A stretch of DNA of 64,000 bases from Podospora anserina (Eukaryota). Shown here in pieces: positions 48,976 through 61,976 of this stretch. The stretch is taken from assembly GCA_017654855.1 (NCBI GenBank), contig CM030333.1:2790001-2854000 (forward strand), written 5' to 3'. The notes beneath the pieces were generated by a model that was not told the origin of the DNA, searched no databases, and saw only the letters and a program-made list of their open reading frames with translations. The position numbers were made by a program, and so were the translations under genes. Positions within the stretch are counted from its first letter, which is position 1, and the number at the start of each line of letters is the position of its first letter.

Positions 48976-50469
48976 CGATGGCGTGAGGACATGAGCGTTT
49001 ACGAATTATGAATGAGACGATGAATGGGACATGACATAAGGACTGTCTTTGCATATATATGGCGCAGGGTTTACTTTCAACGGCATAGCATTATATTATT
49101 GGCTGGGTACGGACTTTCAACATCGTTTGGGCATGGGACGGGATAACGCGATAGAACTATTGGAAGACAACAAAGATTTCAACTTTCTTTCTCTGACTGG
49201 CGACTCTGTGCGTGCTCTGTGTGTTGACGAGAGGGACATTCTTCAGCGATAGCGCCCCGACACCCCGACATTGCGTGGAATAGCGTGTCGCATTCCATCC
49301 TTCTATCACCATCAAGTTCCACCATAATCCATAATTAATCCTGATGGAGTTGGCACTTTCCAGGTAAGCACCTCCTTCCCGTCTGCATCACACACACTCA
49401 ATTTATTTTCATCTTTCTGGCCAAGCAGTCAGGCCGCATTGCAGCATGGCAGTGCTAGATTGCACCGCATCCATCATCATCATTCCTCAATGGTCATCAC
49501 GATTCATCCCGCCTTGGAGGAGGCATGAAACATGGTGAGCCGCCCCAGCAACCGAACACTACTCATAGTCAAGCATACAAATGGACGGCGATGCAACTCA
49601 TCATCCATGCCAGATTGGTCGAGTGGTCAGCAGTGGCGCATCTTTCGGTACGGGATTCCGAGATCTGCCCAAGCATCCTGGTTTGCGTGGCTGTCCAAAA
49701 GCAGAAAAGCACCGAGCGTCAAGCCGTGTGTGTGAAGATGTAAATCGCAGACTAACCGTCCCGTGGACTTGAATCTCGGTTGTGGCTTCGGCATATCACG
49801 ATCCGTTACCGCGATGGTCGACCTTCCTTCTAGACATGTAAGTAATCAAGTCACACGGTACGATACGTCATTTGACGGCCGGCTGTCCCGTGTCACGACT
49901 GCCTGGCTTCATAATATCTCACTGCCTTTTCCTGCCATGAACTAGGGAAGCGCCCCAGTCCACTTCGGCCATTCTTCCCGCCGTTGATATTGCGCGCGGG
50001 TCTCCTTTTATATTAATTCGACCACTTCCCACCAGTCGTTGGTGCAGGATCCGCTCATCATGTGTGGGTTCAGTCACAAAAGAGCGCAACAACAAGCTCC
50101 GTCTTGACAAGGACCCAACCCCATATTAGCCGGCAAATCGCAAAGCGAGCGGCAACACCACACAACCACTGACAGTCGAGCGGGAACCCAGCAGCGGGCC
50201 TAGACTGGAAAACCTGGGGCAATCACAAATGAACTGGAGAATCTGGGGGAATGTCGGCTTGTGTATCCCACCCGCCCCGCCATGCAACGGCAGAGCAAGC
50301 CGCAACCATGTAAATGGAACGTCCCTAAACGGCAACCGATGTAGCCTTCCCACGACTATCTCTACCTTTTAAAGACTCAGGCTCATCTTCCACACCCTCA
50401 CTCTTCTCTTTTCCTGTCTCATCACATTTCTTGCTCTTGTGCCACCAGCCAGCCAAAACCAAATTCAAA

Positions 50470-51296
50470 ATGTTGACCTCCCTCATCAGCACCCTCGGCC
50501 TCCTCGCCGCCGGCGTCAACGCCCACGGTGCCGTCACCAGCTACATCATCGACGGCAAGACCTACCCCGGCTACCAGGGCTTCTCCCCGGCCAACAGCAA
50601 GAATGTGATCCAGCGCCAATGGCCCGACTACAACCCCATCACCTCTTGCAGCGCCTCCCAGCTCCGCTGCAACGGCGGCACCTCGGCCACCGAGTCCGCC
50701 CCTGTCCAGCCCGGCTCCAAGGTCAGCGCCGTCTGGCAGCAGTGGACCCACTCCCAGGGCCCCGTCATCGTCTGGATGTACAAGTGCCCGGGCGCCTTCA
50801 GCTCCTGCGACGGGTCTGGCTCCGGCTGGTTCAAGATTGATGAGGGTGGCTTCAAGGCTAGCAACGGCGTGTTCCTCGACTCGGAGAACCCGTCTGGGTG
50901 GGAGATTGCCAAGCTTGTCGGTGGCAACAAACAGTGGACTAGCACTATTCCTTCGGGGCTTGCTCCTGGAAACTATCTCATTCGCCACGAGTTGATTGCC
51001 CTTCACCAGGCCAATGCTCCTCAGTTCTACCCCGAGTGCGCTCAGCTCGTGGTTGGCGGGTCTGGCTCGGCTCAGCCGGATAGCTCTTACAAGGCTGCTA
51101 TTCCTGGGTACTGCAAGGATGGCGACTCTAACATTAGGGTAAGTTGTTGTCTGCGAGGGAAGTTGAAATGGGATAATGGCTGACATGAGTATGATAGGTC
51201 CCCATCAACAACCGCAACATTCCCCAGACCTATGTTGTCCCCGGCCCTCCCGTGTGGCGCGGTGCCTCCAAGAAGGCTCGTGACTTCTCTGCTTAA
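50470..51296 (+). CDS. AA9 lytic polysaccharide monooxygenase, no CBM1, 2 exons
   Basis: Signal peptide ending VNA, then His1 (HGAV); WTHSQGP; WFKIDE; GNYLIRHELIALH...PQFYPECAQL; last exon YVVPGPPVW. Confidence 0.95.
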
Positions 51297-51682
51297 GTGG
51301 TTTGATGAAAGTCCACGGGATGAGGATGATTAGTGGAAGACAATTTTGGGTACATGCCTTGGTTTCCTAGCTTTGACTTGAGCCATGGTAGCATTTCGCC
51401 CGCTTTGATTCATGTCAATCAACTTTTGTATATAGCTCTTCGCCAATTGACACAATGTCTTCACTGGTTACAGACTGTTCACGTTTGATTTCTTTGGTGA
51501 AAGGGACAATCAACAAGAATCCCCTTTGCTTTTCTTCTGATCTCGCGACTATCCAAAACTGTCAACCATCACCTGATTCCTTCTGAAGTTGCCTGACTTG
51601 TTCCATCAGCACATCATTTATTGATAGGTGGATAGTTTACATCGATGGAAACAATAAAAGTTTCCCATGGTTGAAAGGCGGG

Positions 51683-53500
51683 TTAGATGCCAGCATCTAA
51701 CCGTCTGATTTGACAGGACCATGACTGATCACCATCGTTCCCTGTGTCCTCTTCTTTGCTCTTGTCCTCTTGATACTCGTCCTTTGTGGCATCTTGGTAG
51801 CTGTGAACTTCACAGATTCTTCTCTCAACACTTTCCTCGTCATCGTCGTCGTCATTATCATTATCTACCCCAGATGCAGTCGATTCATTGTTTTCCTCAT
51901 CTTCGGGCACTACATCCAATTCATGCGTGGGATACCGGTGTATGCGCCGGTTGAGTGCGGAGTGATGGCACTGAAGCAAATGCAATAGTCTTTGCAAGTA
52001 TAGCACGCGTAGTACGTCCCAACTACCGTCTGAGTTGCACAAATAGTTAGTATGTGTGTCCTTGTAGATAGTCCATGCAGAACCTTACCAGCAAACAGGC
52101 TTCACAGCGCAGCAAGGTGCCCTTGCCGCCAATGAATCTCATCCTTTCTCGGCAAACCATTCTGTCGTATTTGATGCTGGTGATCCACCACTGGCGTTCG
52201 CTGCGCCCCATGGATTGAAGTTCATCCTCTGACGGCGTGGCAAGACTGACAATATCTTCGCTGTGGCCGTAGCTGAAGACTTGAGCGAGTTGGTAAGCTG
52301 TCCAGGAGCGAAAGGCTCCTTTGCCTTCCACCAAGCGGCTTGCACCGCACCGAAGAAGTTCTCGGACAATGTCGGCCAATTGGGTAGTTTCTGCTCCCCA
52401 ATTATCATCTTGGCGCATCGCACAAAGTAGGGGGGTCCATCCATCGTGGTCGACTAGATTGACGAGATCTGGATTGTGGTTCAGGATGTATTTGACTACA
52501 TCCAAATGTCCACCCAACACGGCCATGTGCAGCATGTTTGCGACCCAAAAAGTCTTTGGTATTGAGGCTGGCTCCCGCTTGAATAAGACATTCGATATAG
52601 GGGACGCCACGATATGCGGTGAAGTGAATTGGATGACGGCCCATGCCGTCGCGAATGGTGACTTCCTGGCCCAGTTTGATCAGCTTCTTGATAATATCCA
52701 GCTCTGCACCTCCCAAGATTGCCGCGCTCAGGGTGCTGCCGATCCAGATGGCTCCGCGCTGTAGTGAAAACTCCTCTCTGCCCGTCTTTAGAGAAAACCG
52801 GTCGCTGTTGACAGAATAACGCAAGATGGGCTGCTTTTGGCCATCATCGTCCCCTCGTTGAAGGGCAGGTGGCTTGGAAAGTTGTTCCCGGTTTCAAGTT
52901 GTACCTGTTAGTTGATACTAGATCCATACTCAACCAAGAGCTTTACCCATTCAAGACCCAGACCCGGCTCACGGCAGGCAATGTGGAGGGAAGAGCCGCG
53001 AAGACCCGTGCCTCCCTCATTGACATCAGCACCTTCCTCAAGAATCAGGTATCTTGCAACCTCCAGACTTTTGACCCAAAGGGCCTGGGAGAGAGGGGTG
53101 ATGCCGTCCTCGGCCACGGCATTCATGGGATACCCGCGCTTAATGACGAGCTTGACCATCTCGACCGTGGTTCTCTCCCGAATCCAGTGAAGTGGCGTGT
53201 TCTCAGAATCAGTCTCGTCATCAACCTTCAAGTTGTAGAGAAACAGCTTCTTCAAGAACTCCGTGTTTGGGGTGTGTGGACGCAGAAAGCAACCAAGGGC
53301 GGCATTATCTCGCTCCCACCATACAAGGTCGGATCTGCTCCCGCATCCAACAGATCCTAGAAGAGGTCTTCGTGACCATCTCTGATAGCAAGCCACAACA
53401 TCGTGCTTCTGCTCCACAATATGTTCACATCCTGTTTGTGCTTGAGAAGCTCTCTGGCAGCATCAAGGGCAGAGGAGCGAGTGACCGGCTCAATATCTTC
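51683..53500 (-). pseudogene. Ankyrin-repeat plus ZZ zinc-finger gene relic
   Basis: Ankyrin motifs MLWLAIRDGHEDLF*DLLDAGADP, NTPLHW, GITPLSQA, SSLHIAC, GRHPIHFTA, MLHMAVLGGHLDVVKYIL and GWTPLLCA; ZZ-like CEAC..|CYTC..CF.C..H..H. Stops at 53357-53359 and 52908-52910; frameshifts near 53300, 52880, 52540 and 51975. Confidence 0.82.
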
Positions 53501-53875
53501 AGACTGCAGATACTTGAAGTCGTTCTCTTGAAAATGGCGGAAACATCTATGTTTGACCGCTTGTCAGTGTTGACAGCTGTATCGAATTGCCGCACCATGT
53601 GAATTTTGCTTCCTGAGCGATGTTACCGTTAACATGACTTCAAAATCACATGGTGCTTTATGTACCTGAGCAAGTAAGCAGTCAACCGCTTGACCGGTAC
53701 CTCTTCTAGGGTTATCAAAAAGAAAAGTGTTCCCGTTCATCTAGAAATTGGGGGCAGAATTGACTGACACAAACAGAAGAGTTTCCAGAAGAGCGGTCAA
53801 TGCCGTTCATAGAGAAAAACCGGGCAGTGCCTGGCTCCATGACAAACAACTTTATAACCCCCCCTCCCCCACCAC

Positions 53876-55238
53876 TCACAAAGTCCCATTAAAAGCTCTG
53901 AAAAACCCCAGCGGAAACCCATCCGCCATAGCCTGAAACCCCGCCACGTTAGGATGCAAATGATCCCCCCCATCAAACTGCCTCGCCAGCTGCGCCCGAT
54001 TCCCCGGATCCCCAATAATCTTTGCAAAATCCACCGTCGCGTCAAACGTCCCGCTGTTCAAAATCCACTCATTCACCTTCACCCTCGTCTGCTCCCTCGT
54101 CGGGTTGCTATAGCTCTGCCCGCTCCCCGTAAACTGAGTAATCGTCCCCCCTATCGTCTTGATCCCCGCTGCTTTGCACTCCCTAACAATCTGCTGAAAC
54201 GCGCTTTGCAACCTTGTCGCAATGGAGTTTTGAGAACCAGAGTCGGTGCCACCGCCGCCGATGTCATTCACCCCAATGAAGATCATGACATATTTCACGC
54301 CCGCTACTTGCAAAGCGTCGCGTTTGTACCGGGTGAGGAGGGTCGGTCCCAGACCGCCAGAGAGAACGGTGTTACCCCCCGCAGCCTGGTTGTTGACGCC
54401 GATGTGGTTGATTCCCTCTTTCTGCATACGTGCGATGAGCAGGTCAGGCCAGCGGTTGTTCCCGTCGTCGGTGCTGCCTCTCCCGTCGGTGATGCTATCC
54501 CCCAGGATCACAAACGCGGAGTGATCCTTTGGCTTCCAGGCTTCGACTGCGGACAGGAAGTACCAGTGCTTGGTGTTGGCTCCCCCGGACAGGGTGGCGG
54601 TGCTGACGCGGTTGCCGGACTGCATGTGCGAGGTTGTGCGGCTGCCAGGGTGGCCGGTGATGCTGCTGCCTGACTGGCCTTGCTGGGAGTAGAGGGAGAC
54701 GGCGATGTTGGTCTGGGGGCCGACGGAAAACTCGATTGGGTCCGTGTACGCTACCTGGCCGCGGGGGACGACGATGGAGGAGGAGCCGTTGCGGAAGGTG
54801 AGGGGTTTGAGTGTTGCGGCGTCGATGCCGGCTACTCCGGCTTTGTTTCCGGCGGCGAGGGCGATGGAGGCGGCGGTGATGGGGAGGTCGCTGCCGCCGA
54901 AGGTGTTGCTGATTTGGATGCGGAGTCTCTCGGCGCCGATGGAGAGGTGGAGGGTTTGTCTGATGGTGGCATCGCGGAAGACGCCTCCGTTGGTCTGTGA
55001 AATGATTGTGTTAGTTTGGGCCGGATTGCGACACTGAAGAGAAACATACGAATTGCGAAGGTGGCATATTGTTAGGCTCAACCAGCTGAGGCATGGAAGT
55101 CCATGTTGCCACCCAGTGATTATCCTCCTGACGAGAGTTGAGTTCTCTCTCGTCCAACTCGGCGGTTGGAATAGCAGTAGCCCATCGTGCTGACACCAGC
55201 AGCAACGAAGAGGCAATTCTCGCCCACGAAGAAAGCAT
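53876..55238 (-). CDS. Secreted SGNH/GDSL lipase-esterase, 2 exons
   Basis: Signal peptide, HWVATW, GDSITDG (block I), NQAAGGN (II), GVNDIG (III), DHLHPN (V). Confidence 0.93.
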
Positions 55239-55782
55239 GGTGACCACTTGAGTTATTAATTTAGTCAAAGCTAAGAACACTCGCCCCTCCAAGACCTGGT
55301 GATTGTTGAAATGAGCATTTTGAAGCTCTTATACAACCCGCTGGTCCCGCCGGCGGATGATGAGTCCCCGAGGTTTAATTGTCGGTGCTAAGGAGAAGCT
55401 ATCTAATTTAGCCACGAGGCAGAGTAGTACGGGGCCCAACAGATCCTCGTGCGGGCTGCGTAAGTGGGCTTAGATCGTGGTTATTTACCCAGCGGGAATA
55501 CCGTGGCGGGCTTGGGTGATGCGGGTGATCTGCTGTGTCGTCCTTTCTGTATCGTGGAAAATCTGTGGGGAAGCGGGAAGAACAATGGAACCGAGACCAT
55601 GAGCATTATGGTGGCATGTCAGGGGTAAATATCCCAAATCCATCCACACTCGAGTTTGTTGGTACTTCAAATGCATTGCGGACTTGAGGTATGGAATTAA
55701 GTTCGCGCCGTGTATAGTATTGCAAACTCAAACCCAATGCCGAACTTACTTCCTGGCCAGAACCCTTCGAGCTTTCTCATAT

Positions 55783-57640
55783 TCATTTCTTCCTCTTGCT
55801 AACAATTGTCTGAACATTCTTGGGCTGATGGAACCACCGGTTGATCAGAGTCCATTCCTTCTTCGGGTCCACCAACTCGAAATCGTAATCGCGGATTAGT
55901 TCTGGAAGGGCCTTGTAGATTTCCATCATTGAGATCTGTAGTTTACATTAGCCAACTGTGCCCCAGTGGGAAAAGAGGTATATGCTCACATTCTTGCCCA
56001 AGCACATATGGGGGCCACCACCAAACTATTTCCAACAGAGTCAGTAACAGGAGCTAATAAAGGGTAAGTTGGGTCAAAGACTCACATTCAGCATGTGTCT
56101 CTCCAAATCAGCAGCATTACGACTTAACCACCTCTCCGGCACAAACTCATCTGCATCCTCTCCAAACACACCTTTATCACGCTGTACAATCTGAGGGTTG
56201 CATCCAACTTTCACCCCAGGAGGGAAGAACTCTCCCAGGAGCTCAACCCCTTCCTTGGGGGTGTACCGCGGGAACGACAGACCAAGACTGGCGTGGACCC
56301 TCATGCCCTCCTTGCAGCAGGCGTCAAAATAAGGCAGCTTGACTGCATTAGCATACCTGACTCTCCCAGACGAGCTGATCCGACCCTCGGCAACGGCCGT
56401 ATCAATCTCATCTCTGAGCTTCCGGTAGGTTCTAGGATTTTTCGTGAGGTGATAAAGAACTGAGGTGATGGCACTAGCCGTGGTGTCGGATCCCGCGATG
56501 CTGTTGTACAAATGTCAGTATATTCACGCAAGTCAAAAGCGAAATTAACCCACATAGCGGTGTAAATCTCCCCTCTAATCTCCGGCGGACCAAAGTTATC
56601 CAAATCCCCATGCTCCTCCATCACTCGGAAGAAGCTAGCCAGCATATCATCCTTCTCCATCACGCCACCGCTCTCCTCCAGCTCCTTCTGTCGTTTCTCA
56701 ACAGCCTCAACCCCCGCATCTGTCATCGTGTCCATCGCCTTGACAGCTGCCATCGCACCGGGGACGACAATAGAGGTCATCAAAACAAGACTGCGCATCC
56801 AGCGGGGCACAAACGCAGAGGCTGCCATGAATAAGATCAGCACGTCGGTCGCGTTGATCCAGCCCCTGTAATCCTTTTTGGTCTCCAGAAAACCAAACGG
56901 ACGGCTGAAGAAAAGGATGCCAATCACGTCAAAGGCGTAGTAGCGAAGCCAGAGAGCCATGTCAGTTGGCCTGCCAGACTCGCTGGCGTCCTTGACACGT
57001 TGATAAAGAAGTTCGATACACTCTTCGATGGCTGGCTCGTAGCGGCCGACGTTGGTCATGGTGTAGACATGGTTGACCAGCTTGCGGCGCTCGCCGTGGG
57101 ACTTGGGGTCTATGTTGCAGAAGTGCTCCGGGAATCGGGCTGTTTAATGTTAGCGTTGGCCGGTTTGTCATGATATTTCTGTTACATACACCATGGCATT
57201 GAGAAAGCCGAGTAAAACTCAGTCTAATCCTTATTGTTAGCAAAATCCTCTTACCCCTAGCACTCCAGGTTGAAAGGTATGGCAAACGTACCTTGGTAAA
57301 AGTTGTCCCGGCTCCATAGATGGCCTTGATAACGGTTGGGTCTGAGATAGACACCTCGTTCTCGGCGATGCGAATGATGGGACCTGAGTTGTTAGCTAAC
57401 ACCGTGTCTTGATATCAACAAATCAAAGGACAAGGCACTCAACTCACCATGTTTTTCGTGCCACTTTTTCAACGTGACCTCTAAGTGACCTGAGTACAGC
57501 TCCTTGATGATCCACAGTCTCGAGAAAGAGGCGAGAAAAGGACCCGGGTATTTGGAGTAGGGATGTAACCATCGACAGTAAATGATCCACCCAACGAACC
57601 AGGTGACCAGACCACCTAGTAATATCGACATGACTGCCAT
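55783..57640 (-). CDS. Cytochrome P450 (pisatin demethylase-like group), 7 exons
   Basis: HPYSKYPGP, AFDVIG, AGSDTT, KEGMR, FVPERW, FGGGPHMCLGKN heme motif; all exons join through canonical introns. Confidence 0.92.
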
Positions 57641-59104
57641 TACTGCCGTCAGTGGGTTCCGAGCAAAGTCAGATGATCAACAGAAGAACTGGAACTTTTC
57701 CCCATCTCCCTCGTCCAAAACAGCGGGCTCAACCTCCTGTTAAGAGGACTGATGAGCGGGCATCACTCTCGCCAAGATCAAACCCTAACTGTCTTACACA
57801 CCCCCCAGTTCGGAGGACATCCTGCAGGGCCCTATCACCATTATATCGCTCCACCTTCGGCCTGCAGGTATCTTTCCCCTCTCCTGGTAAAGGTCTTGGC
57901 CCGCGTCTGCAGAAGATCTCGGTCAGGTTCGGAGGGTTGCAACCCAATGAGAGCTCACATGTCGAAATGGAAGCTGATCTTCATCGACATAATCGCCAGC
58001 CAGCTGGACGAGCTGGTGTCTCCTCACGGTCAACCGGGCGTCAATATTGCGTGATGCTCGACACTGCATACGAGCGGTTGGTCTGAAATCGCTCAATCAT
58101 CGACAAGCCAAGGACGGGATACAGTTCTACTTGGTGTTGTTGGTGGTTATCATTGAGCCTTGTGTAACCACGCAAGACTGCCGGGCTGTGCCACACCAGT
58201 CCGCCGCCCAATCACAATCGTCCGCTTGCCATCCGAGAGACCGGAACTGGCAAGGCCCTTCTGCAGCATCACATCAAGTCAGTGGTTTCGAACTCTCAGA
58301 AGGGTGTTCAGTGTCGATAGTGTAAAGGTGCCATGAATTCCTCCTCCCCGGGCCAATCAACGGTGGCCCATATATGAAAGAACCTCAACTGGAGAACTAC
58401 ACTACTGCAGTCATCAAAGGAGCTCCCGCCACTTGATGGGCCGATATCCCACGATTTCGGCCGAGCTGTTTGACCCCGCAGCGCCAACACGGACGATGAT
58501 ACTGTGCTGCCTGAGCATGCGTCGCTGGGCCGTTGAGAGCTGTTTGAGGTGGGAAAACTTGGATTGTCCATGCCATTGTTGCTTCTGTTGGTAGCCAAAA
58601 GAGAACGTTCGAGTTGCGTTGGGTGTTGTGCAACTCCAGGGCCTGATCCCAGGAAACTTAAGCGCAATGTCCGGTGCCAAAAGAGTGGGGGAGCCGGGCA
58701 TTTGTGTAACCATGGAAATGTAGAAAAGCGGCAGAGAATGGACTGGTTCAAGAGTAGCAGTGAGTAGTACAAACGGAAAAATGATCTTCACACCAAACGC
58801 AAACCCCATCCTTGCCTTGCAACACAACTTCACGCCCCCGCGTTTCTGCCTTGTGGAGGCATTCCTCGAGGGACACAAGGGTGGCCCTTGAACAAAAAGT
58901 CATGCACGCCAAGTGACAGCTAAAGAAAAGAGAGGCTTCGCAACCTCGGATATCATTCTGTGTGTAAGTAGCCCAATTGTACAGTATTAAAAAAAAAGGT
59001 AAACAGAAAAGACCTCGAACACAAAACAAACAGACCAGCCAGCCCCCAAATCCAGGCCAGCAAACGCAAAATGCAAACGCTTGAAATGCTGCCGATATTG
59101 CGGT

Positions 59105-60058
59105 TTAGTGCGAACCCATAATCTCGAAAATGCTCGACATGCTAGCCTTGGGTTTCAGGCTTCCACCCATGCCCATGCCCATGCCCATACCCATGTTACC
59201 TCCTGACAAAGACCCAAAGCCCATGTACGGTGTTCTGGTCGGTGATGGTTCGAGAAGGTCCAGGCCTGGCATCATCGGTTCCGGCTCGTCGTCTGGATGA
59301 CGGAAAGAAAAGATCGAGCTCGACAAGCTGGGGAGGGGTGTTGTGGGCGAGGGCGTCGCCGTTGAGGTTTCGGACGATGACGAGTCGTTGAGGTATGCCA
59401 GTAGAAGAGCATGAAGCTCGGCCGTCGCAGTTGGGGAGAGAATTGTTGGCCGGTCGATTCGCTTGTAGGAACGAGGTCGGGACCCCAGTGCGGAGCCGGT
59501 TCCCGAACGTGCCGAATGGACCGAGAGGGGCCGGGTGGCCGTTTCGTTTTCGGGTAAGGAAAGCGTGATCAAAGATGGGAGCTCGGGTCTGGAGGAAGGC
59601 CGAGGGGACTCGTCGAGCGAAGGGAGACTAGTCGGTGAACTGGAAGGAGAAAGAGCGGGAGGAGAGAGCGAGGGACTGGTCGGAGAAGAAAAGTCGAGAG
59701 AAAGATCGAGCGAAGTGGACGGGAACGAGAAGTCCAGCGGTTCTGGTTTGTCTTTGAGTGGTGATGATATTATGGACTGCGGCCTGGGTTGTGGTGCCAT
59801 GGAGAGCCTCTTGCTGTGCCGACGCTCCAACTCGGCCTGCAAGTTTCTGACGGGAGACGAAGCGCGCTCATATTTCTTGTTCGGTCTGCTGGGCCCCTTC
59901 TCGAACAAGGCAATAGCTTGGGAGACGGGGACGTTGCTTTCAGTGGTATGGTTGAGGTCGTCGAGCAAGAGCGAGAGGTCGGCTTCTTCGAGATCGCCCA
60001 ACAGCTCGAAGACTCGGTCAATAGACGAGCGCGAACCGGTGCGCGCGTGTGTCGGCAT
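59105..60058 (-). CDS. Ser/Pro-rich hypothetical protein
   Basis: Long single ORF; probable ATG at 60058 (MPTHARTGS); helical-looking patches LLLDDLNHT and ELHALLLAYL; MG dipeptide repeat near the C-terminus. Confidence 0.7.
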   Translation of the reverse strand: MPTHARTGSRSSIDRVFELLGDLEEADLSLLLDDLNHTTESNVPVSQAIALFEKGPSRPNKKYERASSPVRNLQAELERRHSKRLSMAPQPRPQSIISSPLKDKPEPLDFSFPSTSLDLSLDFSSPTSPSLSPPALSPSSSPTSLPSLDESPRPSSRPELPSLITLSLPENETATRPLSVHSARSGTGSALGSRPRSYKRIDRPTILSPTATAELHALLLAYLNDSSSSETSTATPSPTTPLPSLSSSIFSFRHPDDEPEPMMPGLDLLEPSPTRTPYMGFGSLSGGNMGMGMGMGMGGSLKPKASMSSIFEIMGSH

Positions 60059-61976
60059 CTTGAAGTATGTACGTGGTTTGTCGTAGTAGTGAATGAGGCG
60101 GTATAAAGAGCGGATAGAGCGCGATAGGCCCAAAAGGAAAAGCAAGTAACAGAAAAAGGCAGAGGGGAATATCAACAACGAAGGGAGCTCACGAAGAGCA
60201 TCATGACATGGCGAGGGTTGAATTTGAATGGTCCCGAAGCGTAAAATGACCAGAAATTGGGACAAGACGCGCCAGCTGCAACGCCAATTCGCCAATTCAG
60301 GACGGTGGATCCCCCCGCAGACTCTGGCAGGGACTCAGTGGGCTTTTGGGCGGGCTTTTTGATAGCGACACTGTGCGCTAGCGTCACAGGATCCCAGCGC
60401 CCTGGCCGTGGAACCCGGGCCCGTGCTCCAGGAACGGCACACGATGAGGTGGTGCCCCTGAACAACCTGCACGGAACGTGCCATTCAGTTCGTCATCGCA
60501 TCATTCGAAACATATCTTGTGACGCTCTCTCATCGCCGCCACCCCCAACACCCCCTCTGAACATTATCTATCTTCACGAGCCGTCCAGTGAGTGCTTCTT
60601 TCTCTGGTTGACTGCGACCGACTCTCGCTCGTCTCGGGGACGTTTCGTAACCATCGCTCTCCCTACCTACTTCAGGCGTCATCCCTCAATGGTGTCTGTG
60701 TTTGGGAAGAGCGGTTTGAAGACGTTAATGAAGGGAGTTTATTGCAATACCGACGCTGATCATGGAACAGTTGAAGATGGCGATCAGGTACATGACCTTT
60801 TCAGCATCCGTTGGATCAGTTGATGCTCCAAGAACCTGGAAAGCTGCTCAACAAATTCGATGTTGATAGGCAGGCCAATGCCATCTTTTATCGGCACGAT
60901 GGTCTGGCGAGGATGACCTGCATTTGTTAGCGGCGGGGCTGTCGGTTAGCGTCTACACGCAACCTCCATGGTCTTCCGCTGCCCTGCACCACATGGAAGC
61001 ACCAGCACAACGTCGGCCCATTTTGGTTCTACTTTACCCAACAGCAACTACACTAACAAGTGGGATTTCAGTAGCGTAACCTACACTTACACTATGAGCT
61101 TAGAGGACAGACTGCCTGCTTTGTTCCCAAATACCATGGACTCGATACCCGGTCTATTGGACTCGGGGACCTGAGGCGGAGCAACGATCTTGGACTTCTG
61201 CGAGATATCGGGGATCAACAGACCGCCAGTCGCTCATCAAGTTAGAGTGTGCTCGAAACATGCAAGTTGGACGCATCATTGCTCACAATACACCTTCTTG
61301 GTCACGAATAGGAGGCAAACTTTACGTCTTAGTTGGACAGTGCCGTCTCAGTCGGGGATGATTGGAGTGCTTCATGGTAAAGGTGGTGGTCACAACAGCT
61401 CCGCTACAAGCTACACCTTGCTGGATCGATATGCCAAACCTGGAAGCGGAGTCCTGTCTTGCATTAGCGTGGGCTTCCTGGCCAGTCATCTCTGGATGAT
61501 GTGCGGGAGTGTGGACTTACACAAGTGACGGACAGATATCCCCTGGCCGCACTAAGAACATATGTCAAATCATGAAGCGCTCCATTGCCAGAGCCACAAT
61601 GCATGCAACCTGAAAGAGATCTCGGTGTCTATTTAGATCTGAAATCCGCACCATCGGCCCCGCTGCTTACCTTCCGCCATCGGCTACTCCCTCCGCCCAG
61701 GCATGGTATTGGTAATCGCAATAGCTAACACGAAGGACCATGTCTATTGTTGGTAGCACATCCCTGAAATGGGGACAAGTATCCCGCAAACACCCGCGAT
61801 ATGCGGGCATTTGCATGCTCACCGTGTTGCCAACAAGTGGCTGTTCTATGATAGATCATAGAGCTCTCCAACTTGAAATGCCTATAGATATCCGACAATT
61901 AAACCATCCTTCTCACCAGTCTTCCTTTTCCTTGTATCTACCTTGCTTGACAGGTACTGACCCTGACTCTACCAGT

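Noticed and set aside
50422..54673. Long opposite-strand ORFs 50422..51186 and 53954..54673
   Set aside because: Antisense shadows of the AA9 and GDSL genes.
60660..60930. Orphan branch point/acceptor (GCTAAC...CAG) with a short exon-like stretch on the minus strand
   Set aside because: Frames close quickly and no family is recognisable; too weak to call.
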